DNA of 64,000 nt from NCBI GenBank assembly GCA_012295275.1, contig CM022674.1:8680001-8744000 (forward strand), in the 5' to 3' direction. The position numbers were made by a program, and so were the translations under genes. Source of the DNA: Chrysomallon squamiferum (taxonomy: Eukaryota; Animalia; Mollusca). The notes beneath the pieces were generated by a model. That model was given only the letters and a program-made list of their open reading frames with translations, was not told where the DNA came from and did no database searches. Positions 56,892 through 64,000 of this stretch are shown here, piece by piece; the stretch's first letter is position 1; every line of letters begins with the position of its first letter.

Positions 56892-57323
56892 CCTCTAAAT
56901 ATTGGTTTGAGTTGGAAAGGTTCATGAAATAGGTACTATAACATAAAAAAAAGCCATTTGTCATGGTAACAAAAGGGGATTACTTCCATTAAATTTCAAT
57001 TCATGAACATACAAAAAATAACAATTTTTTATTTTTGCTACACGTCCCATTAAATAGTTTTTGTTTTGCAATTATCATTTCCTGGAATTTGTTTCAAATT
57101 TCACAGACAGTAAGCAAAACAATTTTTATTTTTTGGTTTTTTAAATAAATAAAATAACAGTATATTAATTAAAATTGCCATTATTTGTTTTAAATAAAAT
57201 GACTAAATCAATAGGTAAGTTATTTTACTATTATTTAAAAATAATAATACATTTGTTTATGAAATATTGTATTATACCAGATACTGATATATACTTTTAT
57301 TAAGATGATATATATATATATAT

Positions 57324-57362
<39 letters not shown>

Positions 57363-60300
57363 TCATCTTAATAAAACTTTTTTTAAAACAAACTGGGATA
57401 AAATGATAAATTAAATACATGGAATGAATTTAAATAACTATTATTGTTATCCTCTTGCCAAAATGTCTAATTCATTATTAGATAAACCCTTGAGTTTCAT
57501 GCAAAGAAAAATATATACTTTAATAGTTTTATGGAAAGAAATTTGTATTATTATTTTGGAAAATGTATTAAGCAGATTTATTCTAAGGTTGACAATTGAG
57601 TGGAGTAATTTATTTTGTAGTTACTTAAAGTATATATTAATCTTCTTTATTTGTTGTCACAGGTTTATTTATATTTTATGATGGGGAAACTTTCTTATTT
57701 TTCGATTTTTTTCACGATTTGCAGTTTTCACATTATTTTCATTACAACAAACAACCTCATTTTAATTTATTCTTTTTATTTGTCAGAAAAGATTATTTTT
57801 TTAAATTATACATATGGATTCAAGGCAAAAATAAACCCAATATCTATAAAACATTTGGTTTTCATTATCTTTAAATATATTTCAATATCAAATGTTTAAA
57901 CCAATGAAGGGTTTAAAAATTAAAATTAAAGTAGCCTGTCCAGATGTTTTTCTTATCATACTTATACATACTGTTCAGTTATTAAATTTATTCAATCATT
58001 AAGATGTGCCTTTTCATTGACATATTTATTTCCATTTAAATCTTACAGCATTCATAAACATTAATAATTTTTATGTTAACTTATTAACTTAGTATTAAAA
58101 GTGAACTGGTTTAAAATACACATGTAACTGTAGTTATAAACTTTTATAAGGTGCATGTATCATAATACATATTTAGTTTTTGGATTGTACATATATCTGA
58201 TTTGTATTTTTTTTTCATTTTTCATTATTTATTTATTTATTTTAAGCAGAACCTCACAATTCAGTATAAACTGTATGATAATGAACTTTGCTGAGGTCTT
58301 ATCAGATTATCTCAAAGCAAAATGCAAAGGTCATCAATAGAAATTAATCAGATAATAAGGTCTTCACTGATGTCCTGTGTCTAAGTGTAAGGACTTCATT
58401 CATTTAAGAAAAACTTTAATAAGCAACAAATATTTTAAACTAATATATTTAGTACTTAGCTGAAGCTGCATTCAGAAGCCTCGACTTTATTTTATAATTT
58501 ATAATTTTGTTGTTGTTTGTTTGTTTTTTTAAAGTAAATATCATCTATCACAGCTTTATTAAGGAAAAGGAAAAATAAAGAATTATAAAAAATATTATCA
58601 TCCTGATTTCTTTTTTCTGTTTCTCCAAGTTATTAAAATATTTTTTATTGAATGAATTAAAAAATATATTTTTAATAGATATGTTAATAGTTTGTTTTCT
58701 ATTCTTGACACTTTGAATCCAAATTAGTTCAAGGTGAATTTTCACAAATGAAATAAACATCTAATATTTATCATTTGTTATAAACAAGATTTTGTCATTT
58801 AAAAAGGAAAAGAAAATTGTATGGATGTGTTAACAGATACTAAATAACAGTGCCATTAAAACAGTATTGTAAATTATAAATAATTATTTAATGCAGGTAC
58901 ACAAATAAATTAGGTTGTTGATGCTGATCAACTCTTTCCTACAAATGACCATTCTCTCTTTAACATACAGTATGCTGTATTACCTGTTTTTGTCAAAGTA
59001 TTTTCAATTAATGTTTTATTTCTGTATTGGTTTCTTGTATCTAAACCTGCTATTCAAAAAACGATTTTAATAAAATATAAATAAAATCCATCCTGGTTTC
59101 AAACCTTTATTAAATTTCAAAAAGAATCATTTAAAATAAAATATTCAAAAATAATGTTATATGAACATTTCAGAAGATTGATATACACAAAAAATAAAAT
59201 ATTTTTTGATATTCATAAGTATTAACACAGGCATGTAAATATCCGAAATAAAAATATTTTAACTGCAGATCTGGCGAGATTGATTACTACATTTGTTTTT
59301 GTTTTTTTGAGTGTTATTTTGGCCTAAATCTCTTAAATGGCCAAACTCTGAAATTGAGCAGTTAAATATTTTTGGTTAGTTTGTTTTAACTGGAATCATG
59401 TCCTTTAGAGATATCAAATATCTTTGATTCCTCACTTCAAGTCTTAAATTACCAAAACTATTTAAAATTTAAACATGTTGTAATCTAAAGTTACTTTTTA
59501 CTTCAAGCTTTATCAAAAAAAGAGAGAAGAAAATGAACAGAAAGATTATAAGCTATTAACAGAAAACTACTAATAATTCTTCAAAATTAACATTAAAATT
59601 TATAATTACTAAATAATTTTAAAAAACAAAAACATTTCCTAAATATTCACTTCAGAATATAGATTACTGACATGTGGAAAATGTTACCAAATGAATTAAT
59701 GTCAACAAATCATATTTATCAAGTTCACAGAATAATGAGTAAAAACCAAGAAAATGTTAAAATAAACTATAAAAGATTACATGCACAATTAATGATTCAG
59801 GTCTAATTATTCTCATTTATATACAAAAACGTTTGAACGTCAACAATAAAACTTGAATTCAGTTATCACATGCTTTTAAAAAAGAAAAATGATGAAATTG
59901 AATTACAACAAAAAACAATAAAATATCTTTCACATTTTTTTCCATAAATAAATACAAAACAAAAAAAGAAATTCCTGATAAAATAATTAATTTATTCAAG
60001 TATATGATATTCAGGATTCCATACTGCATTTATAAAATACATTTAATTAAACTTTTTTCTAAAACTGATGGACATTCAAACTAATGGTAATTGTTTTTCT
60101 TTTTTCTACTTTGTATTTAACTTCATTTTGTTTTATATAAAAGTTAATATATAAACTTAAATAAAAACCAGTGAAACTCAGCAGTTTAAATTCAAAATTA
60201 TGTATATAAAATAGTGACAAACAAAAGCTTTCTAACAGTTTTAAAAATACTATTTTATTTTACAAATATAAATAGGAAATGGCCTGCATTTCTTTATTCA

Positions 60301-61010
60301 ACTGGATTGTTTTATTTAAAAAAGATTACAAAAAGTATTATTAACAAGTTTATATATATACATATATAAACAACAATAAAATCTACATACTTGCATGCAC
60401 ACACAACACACACACACACTCACTCATTCACTCTCTTTCTTTCTCTCTCTCTCTCTCTCTCTCAAATACATACACTAGCCATAATGAATCAAATAATATA
60501 TAATCTCTGTACTATTACAATTATCGTTCATTCCCATATTTGACATTTCTGAAACAATGGACCTTAAATTTTATTTAACATTGTAAATTTTTATTATTTT
60601 TGTTGGCAGGAACATGCTTAAATACATAAATATACATTTTCTAAAATATTCATTACTTCTTACAACAAAGATTTTGATTACTGGCATCAAGTAACTTAAT
60701 GCACTGTAAGTTTCCCAGAGAAATGTAAATTAGATAATTTAGCTTCTAACCATGAACATATGAGCAATAAGAATGAAAATCCTGAGACTGACATTTCCAA
60801 TAATAATGGTGAAGAAGAAAAACAGAGTGAGTATCTAACATAAATTTCCATCTCAAAACAAAATTAGGGTTATTTAATATTCTTTAAGTATCTTAACAGT
60901 CATGATTCTCATATTAGTATCTTTGGAGTTTAGGGGTTATTGATTCAGTCAAATCATCTCTGTATAAACACCGACAAATACATATATCATTACTTAATTT
61001 TTTTTTAAAA

Positions 61011-61749
61011 TTAAACACTCAGAACCACAGTGGCCTCAACACTGCAGTCATTTAAATCTGTGCTGTTTTCATTTGTCACATTTTCCTTCTTCAGAATCAC
61101 AGAACCTCTCTTTACCTGTGTAGACAAATCTTTTTCTTCACAAACCTCTCCATTATTCAACAGACTTTCATCTTTATCTCTCCTAGAAAAACCTACAGTT
61201 TTGTCTTTTTTGTTAATTTGTAGACAGACATTTTGCTGCTTTGATTTCTGTCCACTCTTTGGCACAAGTGTATCCTCTTCATCTTTGGAGAAAACTTCTA
61301 CAGTTTTTGTTTTTGGTAAAAGTTTTGATGAACTACAATTCTGCTTAGAAGCAGAGTTTTCAGAATCTAACAGCACTGGTAAAGATGACTTTTCTTGTCT
61401 GATAACACCTTTACTCAACATGGAAGAAGAATGATGGGTAACTCGTCTAACCTCAGTCTCAACAGATATTACTGAGTTATCTCCTGTTAAACAATGCCCA
61501 TTATCTTTAACAGAACAAACAGAAGAATCATTTTTCTTGGGCAGATTTTCAATTTTATTGTTTAATTCTAAATCTGATTTGACTAGAGAGTCACAACAAC
61601 TGTCAAGTTTCAAAGCCAGACCGCTGTCTTTGCGCTGTGGGGTAGCCTTTAACATTCCCTTTGTTTTTATTAATTCTTCATCCAGTGGATTTTTACGATT
61701 AGCAGATTTTTCTTCACGGACTCCTTCAACTGTCTGGATTGCATCAACC
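61011..61749 (-). CDS. RNF207: RNF207 terminal exon
   Basis: Phase-2 acceptor runs into ORF 61011..61655; VDAIQTVEG...ATVVLSV*. Confidence 0.82.
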
Positions 61750-63970
61750 CTTAAAATATAACCCCAGAAAGCATTAATTATAATTTAAAACAGTAACTAA
61801 AAATGGAATAATCTACAATTCATTAACATAAACAACCATGTTGTCAACTCATAAAACAGAGAGTTACAGAAAAGAAACAGAACTGTAATAAAAGACGATT
61901 AATTCTGATAAAAATTTAAATAACTTTCTGATATTTAAACAAAAAGTTTGACTGATAACAAAGAGGTTTAATGTATTGAAAATAAAGCCAATATCACATA
62001 CAGTAATGGTATCTTAAGTAATCATTATAGAAGTATTTAAGTAAAACATTATTTATTAATGTAATCCTGTTAAAGTACAAACGGTCACTAGACACAAAGT
62101 GATAGAAATGATTTTCATATTTACCTTTGTTGAGAATCAGGTTGTACAGCATTAATCTCCTCTATCAGAGACTGCATTTGACTGTCATGTTCTGAGTTAC
62201 TTGTTAATTGACCAAGTCTGAAACAGTTTTAAAGACAAAAAACATATTTAATATGAAACATGTTTACTTTCCAAATAAACAGTGTATTTTTTCACTTCAA
62301 CCTTCATTAAAAAAATGTAAAAACCTTTCAAAAGCAATATAATGATAAAAGTAACAAAAACAACAACAAAGAAATAAAAATCTTAAAATGTATAGAATGT
62401 TAGTTTTTCAGTTATTTTCAAAAATAAATATTTCTACACTTATATGACTATAATCTTGCAACAATAAAATTGGGAAAGTAAATAAATAAATAAATAGATA
62501 AATAAATAAATAAAGTTATAAACATTTTAATAAATTTAAATTTTCAGACAATTACAAATAATTATAAAGCAAATTAAAAACTAACTTGGGTGCCAGTCTC
62601 TCAGTAACAGAAGAAATAGTATCAACAAAGGAAGATAACTGTGATGCTATCAGTTTTAGATGCTGTGTTTCCTGTTGTAAGCGGTGTACATCATGAACTT
62701 GGGCTGCAGAATGAAATATTTCACAAAAGATTTATAAATAATAAACTAAACATGAATTAAAAAATGTAAAAACTTTCAGTAATTAATGATCTCTATAAAT
62801 AATAAATTAATCTAGAATGAAGTAATGTTATATATCAGAACCACTGGATGAATTAAAAGAAATCTTTTTATACAACAGTGAAAATGATCAAATTTATCAA
62901 TATAATTAAAGTTCATGACTAGAATACAATAAATATGTTTTTTCTCAAAAAATAGAAACGTTCTTTAAAAGTTTCATTCATTTTTCAAAATAACAGGAAA
63001 ATAATCATAAAAAAAGGAAATGTTTTTCAGTTTTTACTGTACCTTGATAAAGTTCCTGTTCATTTGCCATTCTCTGCACTGCTTCTTCCCAATTCTGTAA
63101 TCAAACAAAACATTGTATTCACACCTCAATGTAATAACAATAAACAAAAAATCTAATGTTTCTTTTCGTAACAAATTAATGGCAGACCTGCTGTCGGCTA
63201 ATCTTTCAACATTAAGAATAGGGTGATACTGAGCCACCTGTCATAATATGAAATAATAATAATTAAATTACTTTGTTAATTAAAACCCAAATGAAAGTCC
63301 GCTTTCTTTCATAACTTGTTTAGAACAACAGTATCAAAAATTAGACAACTCAATAAATCTTTGCAAGAATGAAATTTTTTTTTCAAAGAAAAATATCTTA
63401 TGGATTTAACCAAAACTCTAAATATTCTAATCCATTTTAGATCACTGAATCATTATTATATTACACTGGAAAAAAAAAAATCATTTTTTTTATTTTATAA
63501 AACCTACCTTTTCTAATGCTGGTTGTTTTTGCTCAATAGTGTCTTGATGTATTTCCAGCTGTCGTTCCATTGTAGAAATTGAATCTTTAAGATCAGGAAT
63601 GGCTGACTTCCGAGCTAAACAACGTCGTAAGGTTAAATCTCTCTGAAGTTCCTGAACATCTGATTTCAATTTTTCTAATTTCTGAAGCATCTCCTATAAT
63701 AATTATAAAAGTAAAAAAATATATGTATTTATTAATATAAAAACTTAGTTTAAAAATAAGGAAATTTACTCAACAAAATTATGTAATTAATAATAATAAA
63801 TTTAAAATAAACTACTTACCCTGTGTGATGTTTCAAACTCCACACAGTGTTCAGCAAATACTCCTTTAGCATCAATAAATTTAATTTTGGCTACATTTCC
63901 ACTAGCACGACGTGTATTGTTAGGACTCATCTTAAAACCTGTGTTGCCCGATTTAGAGAGGTCCAGTCGA
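61011..63970 (-). CDS. RNF207: RING finger protein 207-like, last six exons (5' part outside window)
   Basis: The joined peptide FAEHCVEFETSHREMLQKLEKLKSDVQELQRDLT...NWEEAVQRMANEQELYQAQVHDVHRLQQE...TERLAPK matches the RNF207 C-terminal coiled-coil region as recalled (LKDQVQELHRDLT, WEEAYQRVANEQEIYEAQLHDL). Confidence 0.87.
62125..62217 (-). CDS. RNF207: RNF207 exon n-1
   Basis: LGQLTSNSEHDSQMQSLIEEINAVQPDSQQ; phase 2-2. Confidence 0.82.
62586..62703 (-). CDS. RNF207: RNF207 exon n-2
   Basis: QVHDVHRLQQETQHL...TERLAP; phase 1-2. Confidence 0.88.
63043..63094 (-). CDS. RNF207: RNF207 exon n-3
   Basis: NWEEAVQRMANEQELYQ; phase 0-1. Confidence 0.88.
63508..63693 (-). CDS. RNF207: RNF207 exon n-4
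   Basis: ORF 63490..63690; phase 0-0. Confidence 0.88.
63820..63970 (-). CDS. RNF207: RNF207 exon n-5
   Basis: RLDLSKSG...KGVFAEHCVEFETSHR; GTAAGT donor; phase 2-0. Confidence 0.85.
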
Positions 63971-64000
63971 CTGAAAACAATTTTAAAAATAATTTTACAT

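Noticed and set aside
55000-61000. Hydrophobic ORFs between the convergent SLC35E2 and RNF207 stops
   Set aside because: Typical chance ORFs of AT-rich UTR or intergenic DNA with no exon structure; UTR overlap cannot be determined from sequence

Overview
AT-rich, microsatellite-rich animal genomic DNA with GT-AG introns; gene content and composition suggest an invertebrate such as a mollusc, but the taxon is inference only. I reconstructed four spliced genes by hand with consistent splice phases. (1) The first three coding exons of an espin/forked-family ankyrin gene (-, 13378-10912), followed by a >10.9 kb intron that runs off the left edge and holds a 3.5 kb layered minisatellite. (2) A complete 26-exon, ~1595-aa CCDC30-like coiled-coil gene (-, 47799-19856). 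(3) A complete SLC35E2-like nucleotide-sugar transporter (+, 51656-54902, ~382 aa). (4) The last six exons of RNF207 (-, 63970-61011). A decayed RTE-clade LINE reverse-transcriptase fragment lies between the head-to-head CCDC30 and SLC35E2 starts, and CCDC30 intron 1 contains a ~1 kb tandem duplication with a small inverted insertion. The best leads are possible ancient linkage with human 1p36 (ESPN/RNF207/SLC35E2, plus CCDC30 on 1p34), homotypic TF-motif clusters around espin, and uORF-loaded leaders on all three visible 5' ends. I found no rRNA, tRNA or CRISPR, and no convincing wholly new biological system. Gene identities come from remembered family sequences, not from a database search.
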